DNA of 64,000 nt from positions 2,112,001 through 2,176,000 of the forward strand of contig OY820905.2 of the NCBI GenBank assembly GCA_963555755.3, in the 5' to 3' direction. Both the position numbers and the translations under genes were made by a program. Of this stretch, positions 1 to 10,908 are shown piece after piece. Below the pieces are notes generated by a model, which saw only the letters and a program-made list of their open reading frames with translations, was not told where the DNA came from and ran no database searches. Source of the stretch: Nitrospirales bacterium. Its GTDB lineage: Bacteria > Nitrospirota > Nitrospiria > Nitrospirales > UBA8639. Each line of letters starts with the position of its first letter. Within the stretch, counting starts at the first letter, position 1.

Positions 1-280
1 CCCAGTGGTGCTCCATAACCTTCGGGTGATTTCCAAAAAGAGCATTCTTAAAACCAAAGAGGTCGACATGGCTGACCTGAGCCCGCCCATGGTCTTGGCC
101 GAGGATATTCGCGCCAAATCAGGAGCCACGGTTTTACCAAAAGGCCAACCGGTCACGGTCACTATGTTGATCCGCCTCCACAATTTTTCCCTATTTCAAC
201 CTATCCGGGAACCCCTGACAGTCTTCCTTCCGGTGACAACCCTCAATGAGGAGCTGGAGTTGGCGGTTGCCACTGCTTAA
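1..280 (+). CDS. C-terminal part of a probable HD-domain response-regulator-type protein (5' partial)
   Basis: ORF runs in from the window edge. The 'MVLAEDIRAKSGATVLPKGQPVT..LIRLHNF' tail resembles C-termini of HD-type response regulators. Confidence 0.45.
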   Translation, partial: PVVLHNLRVISKKSILKTKEVDMADLSPPMVLAEDIRAKSGATVLPKGQPVTVTMLIRLHNFSLFQPIREPLTVFLPVTTLNEELELAVATA

Positions 281-477
281 TGAGCCGAGAATCTTCTGAC
301 CCAGCCCATCCTCCCCCCAGCACAGCCCTGCAACTGAAAACGAGATAAACCCTCGAAGAGCTTCTACCGATATAGTACCCACAGCCATGTCAGTGGAGAG
401 CCTGATCTGCCACATAGCCCTGATAAGGGAAAGTCATGTCCTGCTCATTGCTGGCCAATGAGCCACATTACTTATGT

Positions 478-1489
478 TATGCCTTCCCATTTGACTAAGG
501 TTAGTCCCTAGACTAGTCTGCTGGACTATGGACACAGGGTATGCTGCTGATATCTTGGATTTTTCTGTTAGGTTCCACACCGAAGAAGCGTGCTTCGAGT
601 ACTTGCGGGCGATTCGGTGGCCAGACGGGTTTATGTGTCCAGCTTGCGGTCATCGCGGTGGTTGGTGGCTCAAAAAATATTTCCGGTTTGAGTGTTCGTC
701 GTGTCATAGACAGACATCACCGCTAAGCGGCACAGTGATGCATAGATCGCACTTGCCGCTACGGCTTTGGTTTTGGGCTGCCTATTTCGTCTCCACGCAC
801 ACACCTGGCATCAGTGCTGTGCAATTGCAGCGTCAACTCAGTATCAAGAAGGTGGATAGCGCCTGGTATTTGCTCCACAGATTGCGACGAGGAATGGTAC
901 GACAGAACCGTGAACGGCTCGCAGGAACAGTTGAAGCCGATGAAACCCATATCGGTGGACCGGTAAAAGGCAAAACGGGCCGTGGCGTCGCGAAAGCGAA
1001 AACCAAGACGTTAATAGCCGGAGCCGTAGAAATTGTCACGTACACACAAGGGGATCACTTTCGAGAGAAAGCAGGGCGTTTACGATTAGCGATTCTTCAA
1101 GACGCTGGAGAGAACGAGATCAAAGCATTCCTCAATAGCCATGTCGCTGAGGGCAGTAAGATCAAGTCCGATGGTTGGAAGGGATACTCGGCAAAAGCCT
1201 TGGCAGGATACGAACACCTGAGACGGACCCAGGGTGACCCAGCAAGTGCTGGGAAGCACGCTCCACACATCCATAGAGCGTTCGGCAATCTGCAGACCTG
1301 GCTGAACGGGATTCACCATGGAGTGGATTCAAAATACCTGCAACACTATCTTGATGAGTTTGTCTTTCGCTATAACCGCCGTGAGACTCCAATGAGTACC
1401 TTCCAGAGTTTGTTGAAAATCCTGACCAGCAGCTCAAAACCCTTGGGATTCAATAAACTGAAGCAACCTTAGTTAAATGGGAAGGCATA
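478..1489 (+). mobile_element. IS1595-family element, copy 1 (1012 bp)
   Basis: TIRs TATGCCTTCCCATTTGACTAAGG / CCTTAGTTAAATGGGAAGGCATA; 8-bp TSD ACTTATGT at 470-477 and 1490-1497. Confidence 0.95.
528..1472 (+). CDS. IS1595-family transposase
   Basis: Zn ribbon (CPACG..CSSC), VEADET, SDGWKGY, YLDEFVFRYNRR motifs. Confidence 0.95.
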   Translation: MDTGYAADILDFSVRFHTEEACFEYLRAIRWPDGFMCPACGHRGGWWLKKYFRFECSSCHRQTSPLSGTVMHRSHLPLRLWFWAAYFVSTHTPGISAVQLQRQLSIKKVDSAWYLLHRLRRGMVRQNRERLAGTVEADETHIGGPVKGKTGRGVAKAKTKTLIAGAVEIVTYTQGDHFREKAGRLRLAILQDAGENEIKAFLNSHVAEGSKIKSDGWKGYSAKALAGYEHLRRTQGDPASAGKHAPHIHRAFGNLQTWLNGIHHGVDSKYLQHYLDEFVFRYNRRETPMSTFQSLLKILTSSSKPLGFNKLKQP

Positions 1490-1493
1490 ACTT

Positions 1494-2495
1494 ATGTTTA
1501 ACGTCGCACCATCCGATTACTGCAATATAGCTCCTCACGAGAAACCTCGTCTGACGGTGGTGATTGACACCGAGGAAGAGTTCGATTGGTCTCGGGACTT
1601 TGCTCGAGAAAATACTTCTGTACAGGCCATGCAATGGGTTGGGCGCGCTCAGGCGGTCTTCGATGACTATGGAATCACCCCTGTCTACGTCATTGACTAC
1701 CCGGTGGCCTCACAACCAGATGGATACACACCATTAGCCGAAATTCATGGAGACGGGCGTTGCATCATCGGCACTCATTTGCACCCTTGGGTGAATCCTC
1801 CGTTTGAGGAAGTCGTCAATCGAAGAAATTCTTTTGCCGGAAATCTTTCCATGACCTTAGAGAAAGTTAAACTCCTGGTGCTCACCGAATGTATCGAAGA
1901 GCATTTTGGTACTCGCCCGACAATCTATAAAGCCGGACGCTATGGCGTTGGCCCCAATACCATCACGATTTTGGAAGAGCTGGGCTATGAAATCGATCTT
2001 AGCGTATGTCCGCACATGAACTACGCCACTGAAGATGGGCCGGATTACTCGGACAATTCTTCTTGGCCGTTTTGGTTTGGCAAAGACAAGCAACTTTTGG
2101 AACTACCTTTGACAGTCGGCTTCACAGGATTTCTCAGGCATGTAGGCCCGGCCCTCCATCCTGTGGTGACCAATTCCCTTTTTACCTCATTACGAATTCC
2201 CGGGATCTTGGCGAGATTGAACGTACTCAATAAAAGCTGGCTTTCACCAGAAGGCTACTCCTCCACCGAGCATCAACACGTCACCCGGACTCTCTATAAT
2301 GCAGGGTTGCGGGTGTTCTCCATGGCCTTTCATAGCCCATCGATGGAACCCGGCCATACGCCGTATGTCCGATCAACAACTGATCTTGATGATTTTCTTG
2401 GGCGCCTTCGACGTTTTTTCGATTTCTTTTTTGGAGAGATGCAGGGAGTCGCAAGCACTCCACTGCTATTGAAACAAGAACTACGTAACACCTAA
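1494..2495 (+). CDS. Polysaccharide deacetylase family protein (WalW-like)
   Basis: IDTEEEFDW, GTHLHPW, YKAGRYG, FHSPS motifs. Confidence 0.85.
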   Translation: MFNVAPSDYCNIAPHEKPRLTVVIDTEEEFDWSRDFARENTSVQAMQWVGRAQAVFDDYGITPVYVIDYPVASQPDGYTPLAEIHGDGRCIIGTHLHPWVNPPFEEVVNRRNSFAGNLSMTLEKVKLLVLTECIEEHFGTRPTIYKAGRYGVGPNTITILEELGYEIDLSVCPHMNYATEDGPDYSDNSSWPFWFGKDKQLLELPLTVGFTGFLRHVGPALHPVVTNSLFTSLRIPGILARLNVLNKSWLSPEGYSSTEHQHVTRTLYNAGLRVFSMAFHSPSMEPGHTPYVRSTTDLDDFLGRLRRFFDFFFGEMQGVASTPLLLKQELRNT

Positions 2496-2519
2496 TGACA
2501 TGATGCATGTGGAGGGGCA

Positions 2520-4352
2520 ATGATTATCTTAGGCATTTCACCCTTGGATAAAGACTCAACAGTCACCTTGATGAAGGACGGGAAAGTCCTGTTTGCAGCG
2601 GGTGAAGAACGGTTCACACGCAACAAACTACAAAGCGGTTTTCCGGCAGAAGCCTTACAAGCCGGTCTCCGCTATACCGGCATATCCATAGCCGATATTG
2701 ATCTTGTCGCCTACCCCTTTTTCGATTGGAAAAAAGAAACGCAACTGTTCACCAGAAACCTCAAAGACGAAACCGCCTTTCTGGATGAAGCCCCAGTTGA
2801 TGGGATTCAACGGCAGGTCGATGCGGCACTCGCGAACGTCCCCAACAATCGCCCAGTGGTTCCAGGGCTCACTGATCCCAATGAAAAGTTGGAAAAATCC
2901 TTAGTCCATCGCATGCTGTATACACTCGTGGGGCCCGAGGGCGTGCTGTCGAGAAATATTGCCAAACGCTCCTCTCGCGCCTGGAAGCGAGACGCCATGA
3001 CGTATCACAAGGAATGGCAAGAAGATCTGGAAGACAATCTCGAGGGGTTGGGCCTCAAAGCAAAACTCCGCCGATACGATCACCACCTCTCTCATTCAGC
3101 CGGCGCCTTTTTTGCCAGTGGATTTCAAAAGGCGCTCATCATCACGCTCGATGGCTATGGATCCGGCCTAGCCGGCTCCGTCTGCATTGGAGACGGCACC
3201 AAAATCCGCCGCATCCATGGACTTGAGTATCCCCATTCCTTGGGCACCTTTTACGAGAGCGTCACCTCTTCACTGGGATTTAAACCCTCACGTCACGAAG
3301 GAAAGATTGTCGGCCTCGCGGCATATGGCGACCCAAAAATTCTCGTGGATTTGGTCTTAAGCCGCTTCCACCAAGAACCCGGCAATTTCCGCATTATTGA
3401 AAGCAACAACATTTACTTTTCCCGCTACCTCGCCAATCTGTTCCCAAAAATCGACGTAGCTGCCGCATATCAGCATGTGCTCGAAGTCGTCGCGACGGCA
3501 TACATTCACCACTATGTCGAGCAGACGGAAATCGATACCATCGTCCTAGCCGGAGGCGTCATCGCGAATGTCAAATTGAACCAACGGATTTTCGAGATCC
3601 CAGGAGTCAATCATATCTTCGTGGACCCCAACATGGGAGACGGCGGATGCGGAACCGGAGCCGCGTTCCTTGCCTGTCGCCAAAACCTCAAGAAGCGCGA
3701 TCCCTTTCAAAACGTGTACTTTGGCCCCGACTATTCCGACGAGGACATCACGAAGGAATTACAAGTCGCCGGCTTGGAGTATCAACATCTCCAACCCATT
3801 GAGCCGACCGTGGCCAAACTTATTCACGAAGGGAAAGTCGTCGCGCGTTTTAATGGGCGGATGGAATATGGCCCACGGGCGTTGGGCAACCGATCAATTT
3901 TGTATCGCGCGTCAGAGCCGGAAGTAAACCAATGGTTGAACCAACGTCTTGGACGAACGGAATTTATGCCCTTTGCGCCCGTCACGCTGTATGAAGAACG
4001 AAACACGTGTTATTACAATATGAAGGGCGCCGAGTACACATCACAGTTCATGACGGTGACATTTAATTGCACGGACTTTATGAAACAAACATGCCCCGCT
4101 GCTGTCCACGTCGATGGAACCGCCCGCCCCCAACTGGTTCGGGAAGAAGGTAATCCCAGCTACTATCGCATCCTCAAAGAGTATTATAAGCTCAGCGGTG
4201 TGCCTTCGGTCATCAATACCAGCTTCAATATGCACGAGGAGCCTATTGTGAACACCCCACATGACGCCATTCGTGCCTTTCTCCAAGGAAATTTGGATTA
4301 CCTGGCCATTGGCGACTTCTTGGTCGAACACCCCACCCACAAGACATCATAA
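2520..4352 (+). CDS. Carbamoyltransferase (NodU/CmcH family)
   Basis: EERFTR, HHLSH, EGKIVGLAAYG, EYGPRALGNRS, HVDGTARPQ, NTSFNMHEEPIV motifs. Confidence 0.95.
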   Translation: MIILGISPLDKDSTVTLMKDGKVLFAAGEERFTRNKLQSGFPAEALQAGLRYTGISIADIDLVAYPFFDWKKETQLFTRNLKDETAFLDEAPVDGIQRQVDAALANVPNNRPVVPGLTDPNEKLEKSLVHRMLYTLVGPEGVLSRNIAKRSSRAWKRDAMTYHKEWQEDLEDNLEGLGLKAKLRRYDHHLSHSAGAFFASGFQKALIITLDGYGSGLAGSVCIGDGTKIRRIHGLEYPHSLGTFYESVTSSLGFKPSRHEGKIVGLAAYGDPKILVDLVLSRFHQEPGNFRIIESNNIYFSRYLANLFPKIDVAAAYQHVLEVVATAYIHHYVEQTEIDTIVLAGGVIANVKLNQRIFEIPGVNHIFVDPNMGDGGCGTGAAFLACRQNLKKRDPFQNVYFGPDYSDEDITKELQVAGLEYQHLQPIEPTVAKLIHEGKVVARFNGRMEYGPRALGNRSILYRASEPEVNQWLNQRLGRTEFMPFAPVTLYEERNTCYYNMKGAEYTSQFMTVTFNCTDFMKQTCPAAVHVDGTARPQLVREEGNPSYYRILKEYYKLSGVPSVINTSFNMHEEPIVNTPHDAIRAFLQGNLDYLAIGDFLVEHPTHKTS

Positions 4353-4582
4353 ACACTTGGGGCATGAGACTCTCACCAAATGTGTTCATCGTGTGCGCGG
4401 GGCCAAAAGTTGGCCCAGGCGCTGCACGGAAATTCCGAATCTGATTTCTCACCTCGCCTGAGCCATTCTCAGCCTTCATTTCAAATTCATCCAGTCCAAA
4501 TGTTATCGTGTAAGAGGTTCTTGCGTATCTTGGATACCTTTCGCGCTCACGAGACAGTCCCTGTATTGCATTTGGAGGCTCT

Positions 4583-5187
4583 ATGCCTAAGCTGCACCCT
4601 TTTATTACCGGCATACTCATTGGCTGTGTTTTTTCCTTATTCTTTTCACACCATGCTTTAGCACAAAGTATTGGCTTCGACCGTCAGATAGGTGAAAGAC
4701 AACCGCCCAAGATCATCTCATTCTTGGCATCGATTTCTATCTCACCGATGAATTGGATTCAGCCATCCAAGAATTTCGACAAGCCCAACAGCATTGGCCC
4801 GAGTATGCCAATGCGCATTGGAATCTGGGAGTCGGGCTGGCCAAGCTGGGGGATCTGGAATGGGAAGGGGAAGAAGGGGAAGTGACCGCATGGGCCCAGG
4901 CCGAACGAGTAGATCCCTCCATTGTCCCTATCCGCGACAACGTATCCGCCTTGGTCACCTACAACTATGGAATTGGCCTCCTGAAACAAGGCGATCTCTC
5001 CCAGGCCATCACGGAATGGGAGCAGGCCCTACACATCCAACCTGATCTCGCAGAAATACACTATACGCTTGGGCAAGCCTATCAAATCAAAGGGAACACC
5101 GGAAGAGGGCAATCCAAGAGTATCGACAGAGAAACCATGAAGGAAAAGGAAGATAGGATGAAGACCCAAGTTCCTGACGATGAATGA
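4583..5187 (+). pseudogene. Tetratricopeptide-repeat protein, frameshifted and truncated
   Basis: Signal-peptide-like start (4583 frame) and TPR repeats (AHWNLGVGLAKLGDL; YNYGIGLLKQGDLSQAI; IHYTLGQAY) lie in different frames. Confidence 0.7.
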
Positions 5188-5441
5188 GAAAAAGAGGAAA
5201 GGAGTAAGTCCTAAAGGAGACCAGGAAATGGGGTCAGGCCAACGTGGCCCCATTTCCTATACAGGGTGCCTACCGACAAAATTTTCCCCCAAGACTTCTC
5301 AGCGCTTGGAAAGCCAAGAGCTGCGGAATGCTTTTTTCAGCATCACTCAACGTCACAGAAATATTTTTGGCCTGATTGAGTCAATACTCATGCCTGGCTC
5401 TACTTACTGACTCATTACTCCCAGTAGTCGTAAACGGTATC

Positions 5442-5918
5442 TCAGCATTCCAATATTTTTAGATTATAGATACGCCGTACTTCACCAAGTGGAGTATTCA
5501 TGTGCTTTTCGTATCCTTGCGATTCCCATTTCTTTTTCATTCGTCGTGAGCGGATGAAAATTTTAAATATAAGCGGCGGTGAATACATGAGGCTTTTAAT
5601 GATGAGCCACGGGCCAATTTCTTTAACAAGCTTTTTCCCCTCAGGAGTATTCACGTACGCCGCATACTCCCTAAATGTCATATCCGTGCCCATAAGAGTC
5701 CAGATATCACCGGCTGCTTCATCTAATATACTCGTATTCACTCCAAAGAAGACGTGTCCGATATCGTGGTGAACGAGAAGGTGGGTCCACGGTGTTTTAG
5801 GATCTGGTCGTGAAAATAGATGAGAATTTATGGTGTAATACTCATCAACCGCCTCTCTCAGAGTAAGCGAACAGTCTTGCTCTTGGAATCTTGCAACCCT
5901 GGTTCTATTGAATTCCAT
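5442..5918 (-). CDS. Hypothetical protein with Coq4-like HDxxH...E motif
   Basis: HDIGHVFFGVNTSILDE; start taken at ATG 5918 (MEFNR). Confidence 0.55.
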   Translation of the reverse strand: MEFNRTRVARFQEQDCSLTLREAVDEYYTINSHLFSRPDPKTPWTHLLVHHDIGHVFFGVNTSILDEAAGDIWTLMGTDMTFREYAAYVNTPEGKKLVKEIGPWLIIKSLMYSPPLIFKIFIRSRRMKKKWESQGYEKHMNTPLGEVRRIYNLKILEC

Positions 5919-6059
5919 CTTAAGTAACCTGTGAAGTGAATAGGAATGTAAAAGGGCCTTTTTGGTAAATTGGAAAAGTACCGAAGAAAAAGTCGTGGGG
6001 TCAATCCGACAGATGCCTATCAACAATAGACTCGTCCCTCTTTCCTCTTCCCCAGGGCT

Positions 6060-6527
6060 CTATTCCTTCTCTTTGTTCTGTTTGACGACTGAAGTGAGAT
6101 AGTGATCGAGGTGCTTGGCAAATAATTGCCGATCCCGTTGGGACAGCGCAGACGGACCACCCGTATCGACACCGCTGGCCCGGAGTGTATCCATGAAATC
6201 CCTCATCGTCAGACGGGCTTGAATCGTATCGACTGAATGCATGTCACCCCGTGGATCAAGCGCATGTCCACCCTTTGCAATGACCTCAGCAGCAAGCGGA
6301 ATGTCCGCCGTGATTACCAGGTCGCCAGCTTCCAATCTTCGCACGATTTCGTGATCAGCCACATCGAATCCATTGGCAACTTGGAGGGCGGAAATATAGC
6401 GCGATGATGGGATATGCAGCAATCGATTCGCGACGAGCGTGACGAGCACAGCTGTCCGCTCCGCCGCTCGAAACAAAATTTCTTTAATCACCTTGGGACA
6501 GGCATCGGCATCAACCCAAATTGGCAT
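6060..6527 (-). CDS. yaiI: YaiI/YqxD family protein (DUF188)
   Basis: [24 protein letters not shown] motifs. Confidence 0.92.
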   Translation of the reverse strand: MPIWVDADACPKVIKEILFRAAERTAVLVTLVANRLLHIPSSRYISALQVANGFDVADHEIVRRLEAGDLVITADIPLAAEVIAKGGHALDPRGDMHSVDTIQARLTMRDFMDTLRASGVDTGGPSALSQRDRQLFAKHLDHYLTSVVKQNKEKE

Positions 6528-7095
6528 GGCCTACCTTCATGGTTCAGGAGTTTAAACAAGAGGTCCTTCCGGGTTTTCCATGGGTAGTCCCCAGTCTGCT
6601 GTTCCTTCCCTGCTTCGGATCCCTCTTCTTTAATAGGAAACCTGCCGGCCCGCAGAAGCGCTTTGGCGAAGGCATGGGCTAGGTAAGGTAGAGTCTTGGT
6701 ACCATCTGCTAGCCATGAGGGGAGCAGCCATCGTGTGCTGTAAAGAGCCTACCTCCCCTCCTTACAAAGGAAGGAAACTCAAGGACGGTCAGCCATACTG
6801 TTTACCCATGCTCATGTCGGAAGAACCAAAAAAGACCAGAGGTCGCCAGTATGCCCTCCCATTGGTACAGCCATGGCAATACCGCAACTTCATGTATTTT
6901 ATCAAAGAGACAGAACTATCCCCTGTGGTGGGAGAAAGCCATAGGCTAGAGGCTGAGTCCAACGCCCCTCAACAATTAACAAAAGATTCTCTTTATTACT
7001 ATATGTGGCATTGCAAGGCCTAATCCCATTTCCCCATTTTTTGACGGGGAAGGGTTAATAGGTATTGAGTCAACAAAAGATTCGACCTCCAATTC

Positions 7096-7250
7096 AAATT
7101 TCTGAAAGGTTATCTGACGCACTCTCCCACGATTCACAACATGATAAAAGGCATGAGTGTATTGAATGCGGGCAAGTCTGGACATAGAAAGAGGATAAAT
7201 TAAATCAATGAATTAAAAAATAGGATTGACCCCTTTTTTGACCACCTTTT
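7096..7250 (-). pseudogene. N-terminal remnant of a Y1/RAYT-like transposase with its left end
   Basis: MSRLARIQYTHAFYHVVNRGRVRQITF resembles the start of the 54750/61414 proteins. A GGGGTCA end sits 48 nt upstream of the ATG, as in the intact copies. Confidence 0.8.
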
Positions 7251-7672
7251 TGTGGCATGACAAGACCGGGGCACTGTCCCATCTAATCTGCCCCATGACC
7301 TGAGGGCAATCGGTGTGTAGAAAAGTTGAGCCAGTCTCTGGAAAGCCAGCCACGTCTTGCTCCGACGAAAGAAAGGGATTAAGTCAAAGCTTAAGCCCCT
7401 ACCCATGCCTAACTCTAATTTTGCCTCCCATTTTTTCAGATGGGCAGTGATTCGAATTTTACCTCTATTTTCCCTTTTTCAAAAAATTTCATGTTATCTT
7501 CTTCTAAAATTTACTCTATAGAGTAAATAATTTCATAAAATTTTATTAAAAATTAAACAATTTCAATAAGTTAAATATAAATACTATATCATAAACAATA
7601 TATCTAAATAGTTTTTTTATACTGTTAACAGTATTATTACTGTTTGATTTAATATTGTTTACAATATATACT

Positions 7673-8146
7673 ATGGACATGAAGAAAAAATCTATCACCA
7701 TAATTGATGACATTGCGCTGTCAAAATTGAGGGTCGATTCATCATCTGAAGATCAAAATCTCAAACCGGGAGATTGGATTCGTCTTGTGCGAACTTATCT
7801 CCGAATGACACAGGCGGAACTAGCCAAACGAGCAAATATTACGCAAGCCAACCTGATAGCGATTGAATCAAGGAAAGCAGACCCACGAGTGAGCACGCTT
7901 CAGCGGATATACAAGGCACTTTCCAGTAACCTGAGCGTCGAACCGCTTCCCCAAAAACCACTTGAGGAAATACTCCGCGGGCGTGCTCGCGCGGTTGCTC
8001 TCAAGAGATTGAAAAAGACGATGGGTACAATGGCACTGGAAGGCCAAGCGCCGGAGAAAGAGATATTCCAGAAGCTTCTAGAAAAAAGAACTGACGAAAT
8101 CCTCCGTGATCCCCGCGAACGATTATGGCGCAAAGACGATGACTGA
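7673..8146 (+). CDS. Mobile mystery protein A (XRE-type HTH)
   Basis: GDWIRLVRTYLRMTQAELAKRA HTH and TMALEGQ motif; overlaps the downstream Fic gene. Confidence 0.85.
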   Translation: MDMKKKSITIIDDIALSKLRVDSSSEDQNLKPGDWIRLVRTYLRMTQAELAKRANITQANLIAIESRKADPRVSTLQRIYKALSSNLSVEPLPQKPLEEILRGRARAVALKRLKKTMGTMALEGQAPEKEIFQKLLEKRTDEILRDPRERLWRKDDD

Positions 8147-8756
8147 TGCCACGCAACCCGTCGGAGCCACACCGGGAGGGGACACCTCGGGTCTTCTCCT
8201 CGTCCATTTAGCAACACCTGCTGCTCGCAACGCCGCGGAAGCAGAAGCCATCAGTCACGCCTATGATAAACATGTGTTTCGCGCGCGCAGAAAAAAGCAG
8301 GAAATCGAATGGCTCACCGACGATTTTATCCGTCGAGTACATAGAGATATGTTCGGGCCAATCTGGGAGTGGGCAGGCAAGTACCGACAGACACAACAGA
8401 ATATTGGCGTCGAACCTCATCTGATCCGTGAACAGATCAAACTACTCACCGAGGACTTTCTCTATTGGAATGACACCAAGTCCACAATGTCAGTAATTGA
8501 AGTCGCGGCACGCCTCCAGCACCGCCTCACCAACATCCACCCATTCACCAATGGGAACGGACGACATGCAAGACTCATCACTGATATTGTCTTCCACTCG
8601 CGTCAACTCCCTATTCCCCAATGGCCGCAAATTCAACTCATGGCTAAAGGGAACGAGATTCGTGAACAATACATCACGGCGATAAAAAAAGCTGATGACG
8701 GCGACATCAAGGATTTGATTCAGTTCATTGAAGAATGCCTTAGGCCAAGCAGATAA
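8139..8756 (+). CDS. Mobile mystery protein B (Fic domain)
   Basis: PVGATP start, WAGKYR, Fic motif HPFTNGNGRHAR. Confidence 0.88.
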   Translation: MTDATQPVGATPGGDTSGLLLVHLATPAARNAAEAEAISHAYDKHVFRARRKKQEIEWLTDDFIRRVHRDMFGPIWEWAGKYRQTQQNIGVEPHLIREQIKLLTEDFLYWNDTKSTMSVIEVAARLQHRLTNIHPFTNGNGRHARLITDIVFHSRQLPIPQWPQIQLMAKGNEIREQYITAIKKADDGDIKDLIQFIEECLRPSR

Positions 8757-8888
8757 ACCCTAACTTTTCGAAGTATATATGGCACGGAAAGACCTGCCCT
8801 CCTGGCCTTTCCGCTCCCCTTTTTACCTCATCATTGGAAATTCCCATGTTGGACCGCTACGGAATATGTGACATTGCAAGACCTGGCC

Positions 8889-10357
8889 CAATACTGTTCA
8901 CTTAGATATCTTCGGTGGTTTGATGGATGGTGTCCAGTCAATTTGCGCAACGGGCGGTCTCGGACGTTTGTACGGTGCGTATGGAGAGTTTCGGCGTTTC
9001 ACCATCCTCGGCTTGATTTTTCCACGACTGGATTCACACAACAGTTTCGCCGTCGCCTCAAACAGCAGCCGATACCATGTTTTTTGGCGCTCAGGGGGGA
9101 AGGGCCCCAGATTGGGGCAGGGTTCGACGCACTAACTGCACCGTGGCCGTAAAAGATACCGTGCGGTCAGGGATGTCTGCCTGGGTGGCCCCTTGATACA
9201 TCAACCAGCGCACGGCGTAGTGGGCCATCACCCATCCGTAGAACTCTTGACGCACCAACTCTGGCGTTTTACTGCGCAGGACGCGACGACGTTGCCTCAG
9301 GTGCGTCTTCAGCTCATCAAACACCAATTCCACCTCCCAGCGCTCGTGATACAGTTGAGCCAGGTCCTGGGCGGGTGCGCCTTGGTCATCCAGCAGCGTG
9401 GTGACGAGACGGTACAGCGGTTCGCTATTGGGCCCCTGCGGTAAGACATACTCAATCACCCTGATGGCGATCCCATCAATTCGCTTTCTTCTGGCGCGTT
9501 CACTGGGATACAGATGGCTCAGGTACGAGCCATCGTCCAACAGCTTGTCAACTGGAAGGATCAAGCTCTTCGGCATGCGCCAGAGTAGTTGCGCTCCGGT
9601 CTGAAGGCCGGCCTGCCAATGGGCGTACCCGACAAAGCCGCGATCGGCCATGCAGAGCATGTCGGGCGTGAGGCGACGCACCAAGGGCGCGGCCACCTCC
9701 CATTCGGCCTGCTTATAGGCCCCTAGTTCGGCATCCAAAATGGCGTGACTGGCACATTCCGTCAAAATGGCGCACTGGGCTTGGGGGTAGCCGGCCTGCC
9801 CGGTTCGGCTCCCTGGGTACCCAAAGACTTGCACATTGGCTTCCTCATCCGGGACCTCAAAGTTGGAGCCATCTATCGCGACGAGTCGGTAGCCTGCAAA
9901 AAAGGCGTGGGCATGCTCTGGACGAGCCAACGGGCGCAAGCAGCGCTGTCCAATGGCTTTCAGCGCCTTCCACGTCAGCCGTGAGCGGGCTTTGCTGATG
10001 GCGGATTTGACAACGGTCACGGGAGCAACGGGTTTGTGGTCTTTCCATGCCAGCCCTTGGGCCACAGCGGCAAACACCGCTTCGTACGCGGCCTCGCTGT
10101 ATAAGCTCAACGCCATGGTGTAGTACACCACGGCAGAAGCGGGAAAGGTGCGGACACGTTCACTGTTACAATGATGTGCGTCAAGTTCTTCGTTGATGAT
10201 GGCCACCGGAAAGGCACGAGCCAGTAATCCCGTGCTCAAATAATCCGCCAATCGAGCCCCCGCCCCCAAGCCGACTTTCTTTCTTGCCATGTTGCCTCCT
10301 CCCAGATTACGTGTGGAGGCGAAGTATAACAGATTTTCATCTAAGTGAACAGTATTG
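8889..10357 (-). mobile_element. IS4-family element, copy 1
   Basis: TIRs CAATACTGTTCACTTAGAT; 10-bp TSD AGACCTGGCC at 8879-8888 and 10358-10367. Confidence 0.95.
9091..10290 (-). CDS. IS4-family transposase
   Basis: LVAIDGS, ADRGF, LYHERWEVELVFDELKT (YREK-like) motifs. Confidence 0.93.
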   Translation of the reverse strand: MARKKVGLGAGARLADYLSTGLLARAFPVAIINEELDAHHCNSERVRTFPASAVVYYTMALSLYSEAAYEAVFAAVAQGLAWKDHKPVAPVTVVKSAISKARSRLTWKALKAIGQRCLRPLARPEHAHAFFAGYRLVAIDGSNFEVPDEEANVQVFGYPGSRTGQAGYPQAQCAILTECASHAILDAELGAYKQAEWEVAAPLVRRLTPDMLCMADRGFVGYAHWQAGLQTGAQLLWRMPKSLILPVDKLLDDGSYLSHLYPSERARRKRIDGIAIRVIEYVLPQGPNSEPLYRLVTTLLDDQGAPAQDLAQLYHERWEVELVFDELKTHLRQRRRVLRSKTPELVRQEFYGWVMAHYAVRWLMYQGATQADIPDRTVSFTATVQLVRRTLPQSGALPP

Positions 10358-10388
10358 AGACCTGGCCCCATCTCGGCCTTAATTAATA

Positions 10389-10429
10389 AGTCAATACTCA
10401 TGCCTGACCCCATATCCTGACCCCATATC
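10389..10429 (+). repeat. Solo GACCCC-type end (AGTCAATACTCATGCCTGACCCC) with tandem end duplication
   Basis: The same 23-mer recurs at 5379 (degenerate), 11525, 31731, 45325 and inverted at 11234; here CTGACCCCATATC occurs twice. Confidence 0.85.
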
Positions 10430-10614
10430 TAATAATAGAATGAATACTCCTGATAATTTCCCGACCGGATCCCAACCGGAAAGGCCCCTCAGGATTGAAA
10501 TGTCCCAAAGGGCCTTTCATCTACCGATCCAGGTGGGAGGCTTCCGGCACGGCCTGTTTCCTTTTGCGTCAACCTGGTTTTTCAGTGATCACTTGATTCA
10601 AGAGCAGTCCCTCT

Positions 10615-10908
10615 TTATTTTATCTTGTCTAACACTCCCTGAATCTCATCCTCAGTAAAGGCTCGTAGAGTTTCTGTACGAACATTCCCCTTCGCACATC
10701 CTCCCATCATCACGGCAGCGGCCGTTTCATCATCGGGGGCCTCGAATATAATGACCCCGTCATACCGGCCCATCGTCCAGTAAATATTTTTGACTGACCC
10801 TCCACCTGCTTTGATCGAACTTCTAAAGTCCCCGGCCCGTTTGGCCGTGTTTTTCACATCATGAACACCTGGCTCCGTCCACCCAAACAGTGAAATAAAG
10901 GTTGGCAT
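10615..10908 (-). CDS. GYD-domain protein
   Basis: YWTMGRYDGVIIFEAPDDETAAA, GNVRTETLRAF. Confidence 0.9.
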   Translation of the reverse strand: MPTFISLFGWTEPGVHDVKNTAKRAGDFRSSIKAGGGSVKNIYWTMGRYDGVIIFEAPDDETAAAVMMGGCAKGNVRTETLRAFTEDEIQGVLDKIK

